Positions 38,212-48,200 of a stretch of DNA of 64,000 bases are shown piece by piece. The DNA comes from a virus. Location of the stretch: IMG/VR virus record IMGVR_UViG_3300044633_000899, positions 23,306 to 87,305 of that record, one strand, 5' to 3'. Position numbers and translations under genes: made by a program. How positions within the stretch are numbered: the stretch's first letter is position 1; each line of letters opens with the position of its first letter. Under the pieces are notes generated by a model. The model was given only the letters and a program-made list of their open reading frames with translations. It was not told the origin of the DNA and did no database searches.

Positions 38212-38583
38212 ATGAATAAAGAACAACAAGAATTATTGAATGATGCTTATGAGAATTATTCAAAGGAATATGAAAAGGATAATTCTATTGGGATGTGTCT
38301 TTTAGTTGCACGAATGGATGGTAAAAAAACCTATCGTAAACCCAACAAAGAAATGTTTGTTGGTTTATGTACTTCCGATAAAACATTCTCTGAAAAGTGG
38401 GGATTAAAGATTGAGGAGAGGAGTTTAAGTTACTCTGAAAGAGAGGAGTTATTCAACCAAAACAGAATTGTTATTCTAACAAAAGGTGAAAAAATAGATG
38501 AACAAGATTTTGATGATGAAGAGATTCCATCAAAATTAACCACACTTGAATATAACGGAATAAAAACAGAAAGTTATGAGTAA
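38212..38583 (+). CDS. FSEKWGLKIEER-family protein (tandem paralog of 37661)
   Basis: See 37661. Confidence 0.5.
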   Translation: MNKEQQELLNDAYENYSKEYEKDNSIGMCLLVARMDGKKTYRKPNKEMFVGLCTSDKTFSEKWGLKIEERSLSYSEREELFNQNRIVILTKGEKIDEQDFDDEEIPSKLTTLEYNGIKTESYE

Positions 38584-38878
38584 AAGAGTTAAGTTTGATG
38601 GTATATACGGTGAACCTATTGATTTTTCAAAATTTTGGGGTGATTCAATTAAAAGAAAAGAAGATGAAGAAGAAGTCAAAAGAAAAGAGGAAGAATTAGA
38701 AAGGGAACGAATTAACAAAATTGAATGTCCACTTTGTAAGTCAACCGATAAAATTCATCATATTAAAATAAATAATAATGGTATTATCGGTTCAGGGTAT
38801 TCTTCCTGGGTGACAGATGAATACTTAATTTGTAAAAGTTGTGGAATACATTATAGTGATAAAACAAAGTTAAAATAG
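38576..38878 (+). CDS. zinc-ribbon protein
   Basis: CPLCKS...CKSCG four-Cys arrangement. Confidence 0.45.
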   Translation: MSKRVKFDGIYGEPIDFSKFWGDSIKRKEDEEEVKRKEEELERERINKIECPLCKSTDKIHHIKINNNGIIGSGYSSWVTDEYLICKSCGIHYSDKTKLK

Positions 38879-38880
38879 AT

Positions 38881-39309
38881 ATGGAAGGTTTAAACGTTAA
38901 AGATTTAAGATTTGGTAATTTAGTTAAAACAGTTTTGACCGATGAATATCATATACTTGATATATACGATTTAAGAGTTATTTCAGAAGGTAATTATCAA
39001 AATTCTTATAATCCAGATATTAAAGTTTTCAAACCGATTAGATTAAATAGAGATTATCTATTAAATTTAGGTTTTGAACAATGTGGTTATGATTTGTTAT
39101 ATTGGAGACATCCAAGGTTATATAATATTGAGTTTGTTGGAATTAATTGGGCTGATGAGGAATTTCCAGAATATCAATTTTTAAATGCTGAGATTTATGG
39201 TAATTTAATTAAAATTGATTATGTTCACCAAATTCAAAACTTTTTTAATATATTGACTGACGAAGAATTGGATATATCATTATTTTCTGTTGATGATTTA
39301 GATAATTAA
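38881..39309 (+). CDS. hypothetical protein (142 aa)
   Basis: ORF. Confidence 0.45.
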   Translation: MEGLNVKDLRFGNLVKTVLTDEYHILDIYDLRVISEGNYQNSYNPDIKVFKPIRLNRDYLLNLGFEQCGYDLLYWRHPRLYNIEFVGINWADEEFPEYQFLNAEIYGNLIKIDYVHQIQNFFNILTDEELDISLFSVDDLDN

Positions 39310-39320
39310 AATAATATTCA

Positions 39321-39328
39321 TATATTTG
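39321..39328 (+). promoter_or_regulatory. -7 promoter element TAtaTTTG
   Basis: tatatttg 19 nt before ATG 39348. Confidence 0.4.
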
Positions 39329-39347
39329 CAAAACAAAAATTAGTAAA

Positions 39348-40256
39348 ATGGAAAAAGAATTTGTACCATATAATATTGCCGTTAGATTAAAAGAACTTGG
39401 GTTTAATGATGAATGTTTTGGTTCTTATTATTTAGATAAAGATGAAAATCACCAGGAAGGTAAATTTGATTATAGAGGTGAACTTAATATTGAATATTCA
39501 ATATATAAAGAAAATACATATTACATTTTAGCACCAATTTACCAACAAGCATTTTCATTTCTAATCCCACTTCAAGATGAATTTAAAGTTTGTCTAGATG
39601 AAAATGGTTGGTACATATATAATCTGGAAAGTCAAACATATTCAAGTAACGCATTAGAAAAACTATTATCAACAGTTGAGTTAAACCTGATAGTAAAACC
39701 CGATATTGATATAGTGATTGAAAATAAATCAGATTATTTTGAATATTTTATTTATCAATTGTTAACCAAATATAACAAAACTGAAGATAACGATTTTAGC
39801 CGAGTAAAAACATTGTTATTATTAACCTTTTTGGTTCATACAGACTCTGGTAGGGATGAATCAAATAAACTTATAAAAATATTATTTAATAATATTGGCG
39901 CAAGACCACACGGTGCTTATGATTTTAATATCAGCAAAATAATGAACGAAAATAAACTAAAATATTTGGATATATCAACATCAAAAACAACAATAGCAAA
40001 AACTCCAGATTTTAGTGATTTAAATGTTGAATTAAAAAGAATAATTGATAAATCAATAGAGAAGTTATTAAATTATAACCCAGAGATTCTTGATTATAAC
40101 GTTAATCTGTTAATGGAAGTAAACAAGGACCATCGTTATTGGGATAGAAATTATCACCAAAATAGGGAAGTTTGGGACTTTGATAAACCGATTCCAATTA
40201 AAGAAATAATTGAATCTGAAAAATATTATAAATACAACATTTTTAAACTAATATAA
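39348..40256 (+). CDS. MEKEFVPY-family protein (302 aa)
   Basis: N-terminal domain paralogous to 33284. Confidence 0.55.
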   Translation: MEKEFVPYNIAVRLKELGFNDECFGSYYLDKDENHQEGKFDYRGELNIEYSIYKENTYYILAPIYQQAFSFLIPLQDEFKVCLDENGWYIYNLESQTYSSNALEKLLSTVELNLIVKPDIDIVIENKSDYFEYFIYQLLTKYNKTEDNDFSRVKTLLLLTFLVHTDSGRDESNKLIKILFNNIGARPHGAYDFNISKIMNENKLKYLDISTSKTTIAKTPDFSDLNVELKRIIDKSIEKLLNYNPEILDYNVNLLMEVNKDHRYWDRNYHQNREVWDFDKPIPIKEIIESEKYYKYNIFKLI

Positions 40257-40262
40257 AACAAT

Positions 40263-41339
40263 ATGAACAACAATTTAGATAAACAATACACAGATTTATT
40301 ACAGGATATTTTAGAGAATGGTACAAAAAAAGAAACTAGAAATGGTGGAACACTTTCAGTATTCGGAAGACAAATACGTCACAATATGAAAGATGGGTTT
40401 CCAGCCATTACTACCAAAAAAATGGTATTTAAGACAATGGTAACCGAATTGTTATGGTTCTTACGTGGTAGTTCAGATATTAGGTTTTTATGGGAAAACA
40501 ATTGTAAAATCTGGGATGGTGATTGGGAAAAAAATTACAAAACTACTTGTTCAGAACCATATACAATAGAAGAAGTTAAACAAAAAGTAAAAGATGGTAA
40601 CCACCATTTTAACGATTCAATGTTTGATATGGGATTAATTTACGGTAAGCAGTGGAGAAGTTGGAGAGGAAAAAATGGTATGATTGGCGAGAAAGATGAA
40701 GATGGGGTAAGAGTAATTAATTGGGAGAAAATAGATCAAATTGCAAACCTAATCAACGACCTTAAAACAAACCCAGATTCACGTAGGTTACTTGTGTCAG
40801 CGTGGAATCCCGCAGATTTACCACATCAAGTCCTTCCACCTTGTCATTATGGATTTCAAGTTTATACAAGAGAGTTGAGTGAGAAAGAAAGGTATAATCT
40901 TTTAAAAAATTACAAAGGGTTATTATGTTATGATGGTATAGGAAATGTTATGGAATATTATGATTCTATTAATATTCCTAAACGAGCAATCTCATTAATG
41001 TATAATTGCAGAAGCCAGGACGTACCATTAGGAACCCCATTTAATTTAGCATCTTACGGATTGTTATTAGAAATCATTGCAAAAACCGTTAATATGGTTC
41101 CTGACGAATTGATTACAAATATGGGTGATTGTCATATCTATCTAAATCAAATTGATGGTGTTAAAGAACAATTAACAAGAGAACCTTATCCACTACCAAC
41201 CCTAAAACATATGAAAACTGATGAGTTTTATAAATCATTAGGTGAGGATTTATCATTGTTATCACATTTAACAGTTGATGATTTTGTTTTGGAAAACTAT
41301 AAGTCACACCCAAAAATTTATTTTCCGCTTTCAAATTAA
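40263..41339 (+). CDS. thyA: thymidylate synthase (ThyA family, dUMP-type active site; long form with insertions)
   Basis: LLVSAWNPADL, PPCHYGFQVY (catalytic Cys), CRSQDVPLGTPFNLASYGLL (Asn of the dUMP-specific D..N pair), GDCHIYLNQ. Confidence 0.85.
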   Translation: MNNNLDKQYTDLLQDILENGTKKETRNGGTLSVFGRQIRHNMKDGFPAITTKKMVFKTMVTELLWFLRGSSDIRFLWENNCKIWDGDWEKNYKTTCSEPYTIEEVKQKVKDGNHHFNDSMFDMGLIYGKQWRSWRGKNGMIGEKDEDGVRVINWEKIDQIANLINDLKTNPDSRRLLVSAWNPADLPHQVLPPCHYGFQVYTRELSEKERYNLLKNYKGLLCYDGIGNVMEYYDSINIPKRAISLMYNCRSQDVPLGTPFNLASYGLLLEIIAKTVNMVPDELITNMGDCHIYLNQIDGVKEQLTREPYPLPTLKHMKTDEFYKSLGEDLSLLSHLTVDDFVLENYKSHPKIYFPLSN

Positions 41340-41342
41340 ATT

Positions 41343-42167
41343 ATGACTAAATTTATTACAATATTTAAACAGTATAAGCGAGAACTAACATGGGTATACT
41401 TATTTATGCTACTTGCCGAACTATCTATACTATCAACACCGTTTTTACTTGGTAAAAGTATTGACGGATTGATTTCTGGTAATTGGTATTGGATATGTCT
41501 ATTAGGTTTGTCGTATTGTATATCCAATTTTTTCATATATAAAAGAATGGTATATGATACAAAAATATACAGTAAAATTTATAACGGTATAGTATTACCT
41601 TTTCTTGAAAAGACTAACGTGGATGTTTCAACTAAAATTGCTAGAACCGATATGGCGCATGATGTTGTTGGTGTGTTGGAAGGACACGTTCATTATTATA
41701 TCGCAACAATTGTTACGATTATTGGTTCACTAGTTTTTATATATACAGAAAACTGGAAAGTGGGATTGTTAGTTAGTATTTCAACAGTCTTTATTATAGG
41801 AGCAGTATTTATACTATACAAAAAAATAAAACAAGTAATCATTGTAAGAAATAATCAACATGAAAAAAAATCTAAGTCTATAGAAGGTGGATATTCAAGT
41901 TCAGAAACATTTTTTAAGAGAAAAAGACGTATTGAAATTTATGACTCAACAATACAAGGTAAAAATTGGTTTCTAGTAAATAGTATTAAATATCTATTTC
42001 TTTTATTATCAATCATATTATTAGTTACCACCACAAAAAATATCACAATAGGTAGTGTAATTACTGTCTACTCTTACGTTAATAATTTTCTCATATCTAT
42101 GATGTCAGCACCTGTTATAGTTGAGATGTATTTACGTATGACTGACATATTAAATAGATTAGATTAA
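41343..42167 (+). CDS. polytopic membrane protein (274 aa)
   Basis: At least 5 hydrophobic helices. Confidence 0.5.
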   Translation: MTKFITIFKQYKRELTWVYLFMLLAELSILSTPFLLGKSIDGLISGNWYWICLLGLSYCISNFFIYKRMVYDTKIYSKIYNGIVLPFLEKTNVDVSTKIARTDMAHDVVGVLEGHVHYYIATIVTIIGSLVFIYTENWKVGLLVSISTVFIIGAVFILYKKIKQVIIVRNNQHEKKSKSIEGGYSSSETFFKRKRRIEIYDSTIQGKNWFLVNSIKYLFLLLSIILLVTTTKNITIGSVITVYSYVNNFLISMMSAPVIVEMYLRMTDILNRLD

Positions 42168-42186
42168 AATTTTAAAAAATTAAGTT

Positions 42187-42555
42187 ATGGCAACATTAAC
42201 AACACAATATAAAAATTATCTTAAAGATAATCATAAAACATCTGACGATCTATCATATAATGATTGGGTAACAAATGTGTTTTTACCAAAATTTACAGGG
42301 ATTGAAACTATGTTTATAGATATTGAAACGGAACACTTAACATTAAAACCAGATGGTAAAAACAGATATTTGGTTTATTTCAAACAGAATATGAAATGTC
42401 TAGGTGCGTTCTCAATGGATGTTGACGGGTATTATTATTTTTGGTCAAATAATGATAGTGGTTGTTGGGGTTCGTATGAATTAAGAATGATAGCAGATGC
42501 TTTGGACAAAGTTAATAAACCTTATGACGATCACATTAAAGAAAATTTGAAATGA
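42187..42555 (+). CDS. hypothetical protein (122 aa)
   Basis: ORF. Confidence 0.45.
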   Translation: MATLTTQYKNYLKDNHKTSDDLSYNDWVTNVFLPKFTGIETMFIDIETEHLTLKPDGKNRYLVYFKQNMKCLGAFSMDVDGYYYFWSNNDSGCWGSYELRMIADALDKVNKPYDDHIKENLK

Positions 42556-42634
42556 TAGAAGAAACCTTGAGTTTAGCCATTGGACTTTTTGCGGCAACAA
42601 TGGTATTATTAATATTAATAACAGATTTTGAATA

Positions 42635-43435
42635 ATGATTGAAACCCCCTTTAATTACACAGGATCCAAGTATAAATTACTGGATCAGATATTACCCCAC
42701 TTTAATTATAATAAATCAAATTTTGTTGATGTGTTTTGTGGTGGTGGATCCGTATATACCAATGTTTTGGGCAAATACGAGAAAATTATAATCAACGATA
42801 TTATTTCCGACTTGATTGGAATTCATTGTGGTTTAATGGTTGACGATAATATTATTGAGTTAACAAAGGGATTATGTCCAGGTAAAGAAAACCCAGAAGG
42901 TTATTCAATTTTAAGGACTGATTATAATGAAATGCCGACACCAGAAAAACTATGGGCATTAATGTTGAGTTGTACTAATAATATGATGAGGTTTAATCAA
43001 AAATTTAAGTTTAATCAGACGTACGGGAATAGAGGTTGGAATCAAAATACAGATAAAAAAGTTAATAATTTCATTAACCACATTAGGGAATATAAGAACA
43101 AGATTGAATATTCATCAACACATTTTGAAAATTTGAACTTTAATGAAAATCATATGTTATATGTTGATCCACCATATTCAAATACGGAAGCAGGATATAA
43201 CGCTTTTTGGAAAAAAGATGATGATCTTAAACTGTATGACTGGTTAGTTGATAATGATAAAAATGGCTTATCATTTGTTGTGTCAGGAACATTAATCCAC
43301 GATGGTAAATCTTGTGTGTTACTTGACAAGTTAATTTCAGATGGTTATAATTTGGTTGAGTTAGATTTTGATTACAATAAAGTTTCAAGAAAGGGTGACA
43401 AAATAACAAAAGAAATATTAATTAAAAATTATTGA
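42635..43435 (+). CDS. Dam-like DNA N6-adenine methyltransferase
   Basis: NYTGSKYKLLDQILP (KxxLL), FVDVFCGGGSV (AdoMet binding), DPPY catalytic motif. Confidence 0.8.
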   Translation: MIETPFNYTGSKYKLLDQILPHFNYNKSNFVDVFCGGGSVYTNVLGKYEKIIINDIISDLIGIHCGLMVDDNIIELTKGLCPGKENPEGYSILRTDYNEMPTPEKLWALMLSCTNNMMRFNQKFKFNQTYGNRGWNQNTDKKVNNFINHIREYKNKIEYSSTHFENLNFNENHMLYVDPPYSNTEAGYNAFWKKDDDLKLYDWLVDNDKNGLSFVVSGTLIHDGKSCVLLDKLISDGYNLVELDFDYNKVSRKGDKITKEILIKNY

Positions 43436-43644
43436 TTATGGAAAAAAAATTAACTGGTAGACTAATGATTCAGTTTGGTGATAACGAACCAACAAAGGTT
43501 AAAGATGTTTACAATTATGAATGTGTTGATTTTGGGATAAAACAAAGTCCAATTTTAAATGATGATATGCAAAGGAAGTTAACAAGAAAAGAATTTAAGG
43601 ACAATTCTGGTAATTCGGTCGTATTTTTTATTGAGAATATATGA
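43432..43644 (+). CDS. hypothetical small protein
   Basis: ORF. Confidence 0.4.
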   Translation: MIMEKKLTGRLMIQFGDNEPTKVKDVYNYECVDFGIKQSPILNDDMQRKLTRKEFKDNSGNSVVFFIENI

Positions 43645-43913
43645 GAAAATTAAACGCACTTAAAAATACATTTCCGGATATTATTAAACAATGGGACGAC
43701 CTCAAAGTGGTAGACAACTCAAACAAACCCAATATAGCAGAATTAATGGGAAGTGAAGCCGGTAAACTTTTAAAAGAAGAGTTTAACCAACTTGATGATT
43801 TGAATGACTATTTGAGAATGTTGGCCGATATGGATAAGATTGGAATTAGAAGAAAGATTGTTCTTATTGAAGGATATATAGATAATTTAAAAAAAAATAA
43901 ACAAGTAAAATAA
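43641..43913 (+). CDS. hypothetical small protein
   Basis: ORF. Confidence 0.4.
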   Translation: MRKLNALKNTFPDIIKQWDDLKVVDNSNKPNIAELMGSEAGKLLKEEFNQLDDLNDYLRMLADMDKIGIRRKIVLIEGYIDNLKKNKQVK

Positions 43914-43917
43914 AGAA

Positions 43918-44550
43918 ATGAAATTAGAAGAATTTGTTACAAAACTTTGTGATGAAAAAACTGCGTTAAACCAAAAAAATGAGGAATCAACGATTGATTA
44001 CCTTAAAGGTATTGTTCCAATCTTAAATTCAAAAGTACTTGAAGAAGTTAAAGATGAACTATTAAAACTTGACGTGTTTTCAGAATGTGAGGATTTGGAA
44101 ATAGTACATATTCCAACATTTGTATTGGAAGATGGTAAACCAGTATTGGTACAAAGTTTTAAGTATGGAGAAGGAATGAAACTCAAAGGTAAGTGTTATT
44201 TGTATTCAATATCTCTAACACCCGAAATGTATGATCCAATAAAGGCGTTTGAACCGGTTAAAAATGGGGCATCAATATCACGAACAATATATGACCCAAT
44301 GACATTTGAACCAAGAAAACATATTTTATTAACTTGGTCACCAGAAATGGCTCAAGATTTAAGAGGATCTAATGATGAAAAAACATTAAGAAACGATATT
44401 CACAAATTATTGGATGATGTGTTAGATAATCCTGAAGAGTATAGGACCAAAGGAACTAGACACGTTTTAATAAGAGGTGTGTTTGAAACCGTTGAGAACA
44501 AAAGACGTGAACCAAGTTATTTGGTTGGTGAAGAACTTAAATCCGAATAA
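43918..44550 (+). CDS. hypothetical protein (210 aa)
   Basis: ORF. Confidence 0.5.
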   Translation: MKLEEFVTKLCDEKTALNQKNEESTIDYLKGIVPILNSKVLEEVKDELLKLDVFSECEDLEIVHIPTFVLEDGKPVLVQSFKYGEGMKLKGKCYLYSISLTPEMYDPIKAFEPVKNGASISRTIYDPMTFEPRKHILLTWSPEMAQDLRGSNDEKTLRNDIHKLLDDVLDNPEEYRTKGTRHVLIRGVFETVENKRREPSYLVGEELKSE

Positions 44551-44584
44551 TAAAGTAAAATAGTTTTTACAAAAACTGATTAAT

Positions 44585-44818
44585 ATGAAAACAAGGATTC
44601 ACGTAAACCAGCACCACGTTAGATCTAACAAAACCAAAGATACTGATCTTCCTGTTATAACCATTAAACAAGGTAGGAAGAACACCTATTGTAATGAAGT
44701 AGAAATACTTGGACCAAGTAAAATAAAGTATTGTGGGAGTGGGGATAAAAAACCAATTCTTAGTTGTGGAGCAAGAGTGGTTATTGAAACAGAAAGTGAA
44801 ATAAAGATTATAAGTTAA
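44585..44818 (+). CDS. hypothetical small basic protein
   Basis: ORF. Confidence 0.4.
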   Translation: MKTRIHVNQHHVRSNKTKDTDLPVITIKQGRKNTYCNEVEILGPSKIKYCGSGDKKPILSCGARVVIETESEIKIIS

Positions 44819-44827
44819 ATTAAATAT

Positions 44828-45562
44828 ATGAATTACGGAAAAGAATTTAAAAGTTTTGCAAAGAGCGAAGGAATTTCATCATTAACGATGGATTATTATC
44901 AAAAACATATTGAGAACTCATTGACACCATACATTTTGGAAGAACGTGAATTACGAGCAACACAGATGGATATTTTCTCAAGATTAATCTTGGATAGGAT
45001 TGTTTGGGCATCAGGTACCGTTGATTCAAAAATGGGAGACATTATACAAGCACAATTAATATTTTTGGACACAACAGATAAAAAGGACATTAATTTATAT
45101 CTTAACACTGGTGGTGGATCCGTTATGGTTGGATTGGGAATTCGTGATGTAATGAATTATATTAATTCGGATGTTGCAACGACAAACCTCGGAATGTGTG
45201 CGTCAATGGGATCAATATTATTATCATCTGGGACAAAGGGAAAACGAAGTTCGTTATTATCATCCAAAGTTATGACACACTTTGTTAGTCACGGAACAAG
45301 TGGTAACATACAAGATACAAGAATTAATCAATTAGAGGCCGAAAAATACAATTATATGTTATTTAAAATTTTGGCCGAAAACTCTGGAAAAACTTTTGAT
45401 GAAATATATGAATTGTCTAGACGAGACTGTTGGTTTAACTCAGATGAATCAAAAGAGATTGGTTTAATTGACAATATTATTGGTCTTGAAAAAGATAAGT
45501 CAATAACCAATTATTTGGAAGGATTTGAAGAATATTACGCTAAAGAAGTTTTTAAATCTTAA
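44828..45562 (+). CDS. ClpP-family (S14) serine peptidase, possibly a prohead maturation protease
   Basis: NTGGGSVMVGLGIRDVMNYI and GMCASMGSILLSSG (catalytic Ser context), His in MTHFVSHG. Confidence 0.55.
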   Translation: MNYGKEFKSFAKSEGISSLTMDYYQKHIENSLTPYILEERELRATQMDIFSRLILDRIVWASGTVDSKMGDIIQAQLIFLDTTDKKDINLYLNTGGGSVMVGLGIRDVMNYINSDVATTNLGMCASMGSILLSSGTKGKRSSLLSSKVMTHFVSHGTSGNIQDTRINQLEAEKYNYMLFKILAENSGKTFDEIYELSRRDCWFNSDESKEIGLIDNIIGLEKDKSITNYLEGFEEYYAKEVFKS

Positions 45563-45563
45563 A

Positions 45564-45944
45564 TTATTTGTTTTTGATGATTATATCAGATATTAGGTCG
45601 TAATACATATCCGCGACAACATCTTCATCCATATCTTCATCTTTAACTTCGTTAAAACCAATTGCGTATAATAGGTTAATAATATCAAAATAATAGAATG
45701 GTAAATCAACAACACTAGGTAGCCCTTGAAGCCATTCTATTATTGCTTTTTTCTCACCCATTCTGTTAATCGCCCAACCGTACTCACTTTGGAATATATT
45801 ATATAACGAACCAAATTTATCACTTGAATTTTCGTATTCATCATAACCAGTTAAATCAATACCTTCTTCAACAAAGGACTCCAATTCTTCAAAAGGTGTT
45901 TTTTCAATATATTCCAATAATATTCTTTTTATAATTTTTTTCAT
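45564..45944 (-). CDS. leader-peptide family protein (MKKIIKRILLEYIE)
   Basis: N-terminal motif shared with 16111(-) and 50020(-); acidic. Confidence 0.5.
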   Translation of the reverse strand: MKKIIKRILLEYIEKTPFEELESFVEEGIDLTGYDEYENSSDKFGSLYNIFQSEYGWAINRMGEKKAIIEWLQGLPSVVDLPFYYFDIINLLYAIGFNEVKDEDMDEDVVADMYYDLISDIIIKNK

Positions 45945-45955
45945 ATCAATAAATA

Positions 45956-46777
45956 TTATCCAACTAACAAATTGTGATATTTTTTAAACTTTTCTAATCT
46001 ATCGTCAATACCATTTTCACCACCATTGATACGTTTAGTAAGTTTTTTAACAACCTCATCTGTTGAACCAAGATCACATATTGACCAAAGTTTGTTTGAC
46101 TCAAAGAAAAACCCAGCGGAAGCCAAAGGGTATTTTGTTGCAACAAGATCTGGATTAGCAACACAATCTTCACCAATAAAGTCAGAAAATTTTTTATAAT
46201 TGGACTTACCGGTCGCTTGTAGGTAACCTCGCCCACGAAATTTATATCCCTCTTTAGATACTTCATCTCCGTTATCCATACGGTTAGCATAAACCCTTGA
46301 CGCAATCTTTTCTGGTTGTTTAGCATATGATTCAGCCAAGTTACCAGGAAAGTATTTACCAAACGTTCTTTTTAATCCGTCAACAGAATAATTTAAATTT
46401 TCTGATACTACTTTAAAATTACCTGACTCGTGGGCACATTGTGATAAAAAGTGAGCAAGTCTGAGATTTGTTGTGATATTAAATTTATTAGCGGCTTCTG
46501 GTATTTGGTTTAATACAACATCAGGGATATGACCCTTTAGTTTCTCAATGTTTAGTCCTGTTACTGGTTTGATTACTACATCTTCTTTAATTACAATCGG
46601 AAACATTTTGTTCCACGTTATACTACCAACAACACCGTCATCTTTTAGTCCGTTTTCTTTTTGCCAAGACTTAATAGCACTTTCAGTTTTTGAACCAAAA
46701 CTACCGTCAGCAACTAGTCCTAATTTTTTTTGGATTTTTTTTACATCATCACCTTTTGAACCAATTTTAATTTCCAT
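45956..46777 (-). CDS. endolysin: N-terminal peptidoglycan-binding domain + GH19 lysozyme/chitinase-like domain
   Basis: PG_binding_1-like GSKGDDVKKIQKKLGLVADGSFGSKTESAIKSWQK; GH19 signatures LAHFLSQCAHESGNF and GRGYLQATGKSNY. Confidence 0.75.
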   Translation of the reverse strand: MEIKIGSKGDDVKKIQKKLGLVADGSFGSKTESAIKSWQKENGLKDDGVVGSITWNKMFPIVIKEDVVIKPVTGLNIEKLKGHIPDVVLNQIPEAANKFNITTNLRLAHFLSQCAHESGNFKVVSENLNYSVDGLKRTFGKYFPGNLAESYAKQPEKIASRVYANRMDNGDEVSKEGYKFRGRGYLQATGKSNYKKFSDFIGEDCVANPDLVATKYPLASAGFFFESNKLWSICDLGSTDEVVKKLTKRINGGENGIDDRLEKFKKYHNLLVG

Positions 46778-46816
46778 AATATTTCTTTAGTTATAAATAT
46801 TTATAAATAAAGAATT

Positions 46817-47425
46817 ATGAGTTATAGTAGAGAACAAATTGAAACGGCAGTTAAAGCCAAAGGATATAAGTGGTTTGAAGACGCTTCAAATAAAACTTAT
46901 GATGTAAACATTGTTGGAATAAGAAATAACACATCAACTGTTGCTGATAAAGTAACAAATGTATTTGACGATTTCATTACAATATCGTTTAAAAATGAGA
47001 AAGGTTTTTGGGAATTTTATTGTTGGAACGCAACTACAGATCCAGGTAAAAAAGGTGTTGAAAAATTTACAAATAAAAATGGCGTTGCTAGATTAGTACC
47101 AAATCAATACAGAGGTGTTTGGATGATTGATAAACATCAAGGTAAATATGACGCATTATGTCAAAGATTAGATAACGTGACTGTATTTCGTGATGCTAAC
47201 AAGGATATGACATATGATGAAAAAGTTACAGACACTGGTATGTTTGGTATTAACATACACAAGGCCGGTCAAGATTCCACATGGGTTGACGATTGGAGTC
47301 ACGGATGTCAAGTGTTTAAAAGGGTTAAAGATTTTGATGTGTTTATGAAAATTTGTAAAAAAGCGGCTAAGATACACGGTAATAAATTCAGTTATACATT
47401 ATTAGAAAGTACTGATATTATTTGA
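46817..47425 (+). CDS. YkuD-like (L,D-transpeptidase fold) protein
   Basis: INIHKAGQDS...WSHGCQVF resembles the His...S-H-G-C catalytic motif of YkuD domains. Confidence 0.4.
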   Translation: MSYSREQIETAVKAKGYKWFEDASNKTYDVNIVGIRNNTSTVADKVTNVFDDFITISFKNEKGFWEFYCWNATTDPGKKGVEKFTNKNGVARLVPNQYRGVWMIDKHQGKYDALCQRLDNVTVFRDANKDMTYDEKVTDTGMFGINIHKAGQDSTWVDDWSHGCQVFKRVKDFDVFMKICKKAAKIHGNKFSYTLLESTDII

Positions 47426-47444
47426 TATTTAAAATCTTTTTTAT

Positions 47445-47452
47445 TACATTTG
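47445..47452 (+). promoter_or_regulatory. -7 promoter element TAcaTTTG
   Basis: tacatttg 4 nt before ATG 47457. Confidence 0.4.
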
Positions 47453-47456
47453 TGGT

Positions 47457-48155
47457 ATGAAAAAAAGATTGACATTTATTTCGGATACACACACCAAACA
47501 CGACAAACTAAATGGTTTCTTACCTAGTGGTGATATTTTATTGTGTGCCGGAGACATATCTAGTCGTGGATCTATAACTGAACTTGAAAATTTTTTCAAG
47601 TGGTTTGATGGTATTGACAATTATGATACCAAAGTATTTATTGCGGGTAATCACGACTTTGGTTTTCAAGATGAGAACGAAAAAATAAAAGGATTACTTA
47701 CTGGATATAAAACCATAGAATATCTTCAAGACGAAAGGTTGGATCTTTTTGATGAAGAAGATCAACAATTAGTAATTTATGGTTCGCCTTGGCAACCAGA
47801 ATTTAATAATTGGGCATTTAATTTACCTCGTGGTGAAAAGATAAAAGAAAAGTGGGATTTAATCCCAAATGATGTTGATATCTTAATAACGCATGGTCCA
47901 CCATTTAGTAAATTGGATTATGTACCGTACAATAATATCAATGTTGGTTGTGAAGAATTATTATTAAAAGTTCAGGGAATTAAACCTAAAATTCACCTCT
48001 TTGGCCATATTCACGAGGGTTCTGGATATGTTTTTGATGGAAATACCCACTATATCAATGCTGCCGTTTTAAATGGTCGTTACGAATTTAGAAACAAACC
48101 AATAACTGTTGATTTTGATTTTGAAACCAATGAGATTGATTTCATTGATATTTAA
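47457..48155 (+). CDS. calcineurin-like metallophosphoesterase
   Basis: ISDTHTKH, AGDISSRGS, AGNHD, ITHGPP, GHIHEG. Confidence 0.8.
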   Translation: MKKRLTFISDTHTKHDKLNGFLPSGDILLCAGDISSRGSITELENFFKWFDGIDNYDTKVFIAGNHDFGFQDENEKIKGLLTGYKTIEYLQDERLDLFDEEDQQLVIYGSPWQPEFNNWAFNLPRGEKIKEKWDLIPNDVDILITHGPPFSKLDYVPYNNINVGCEELLLKVQGIKPKIHLFGHIHEGSGYVFDGNTHYINAAVLNGRYEFRNKPITVDFDFETNEIDFIDI

Positions 48156-48200
48156 TTCACTTTTTTCTAAAAGTTCATAATATTTATATAAAAAAATATT

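Noticed and set aside
40263-41339. dCMP hydroxymethylase (T4 gp42-like) instead of ThyA
   Set aside because: The Asp/Asn specificity position shows Asn (PFN), as in dUMP-specific enzymes. Three C5-cytosine MTases in the same genome also argue against hmC DNA.
44828-45562. Host-type ClpP acquired for general proteolysis versus prohead protease
   Set aside because: It cannot be decided from sequence. No ClpX or ClpA partner is encoded nearby, and many L/I-x-E leader peptides are present, so the prohead-protease reading is favoured, at moderate confidence only.
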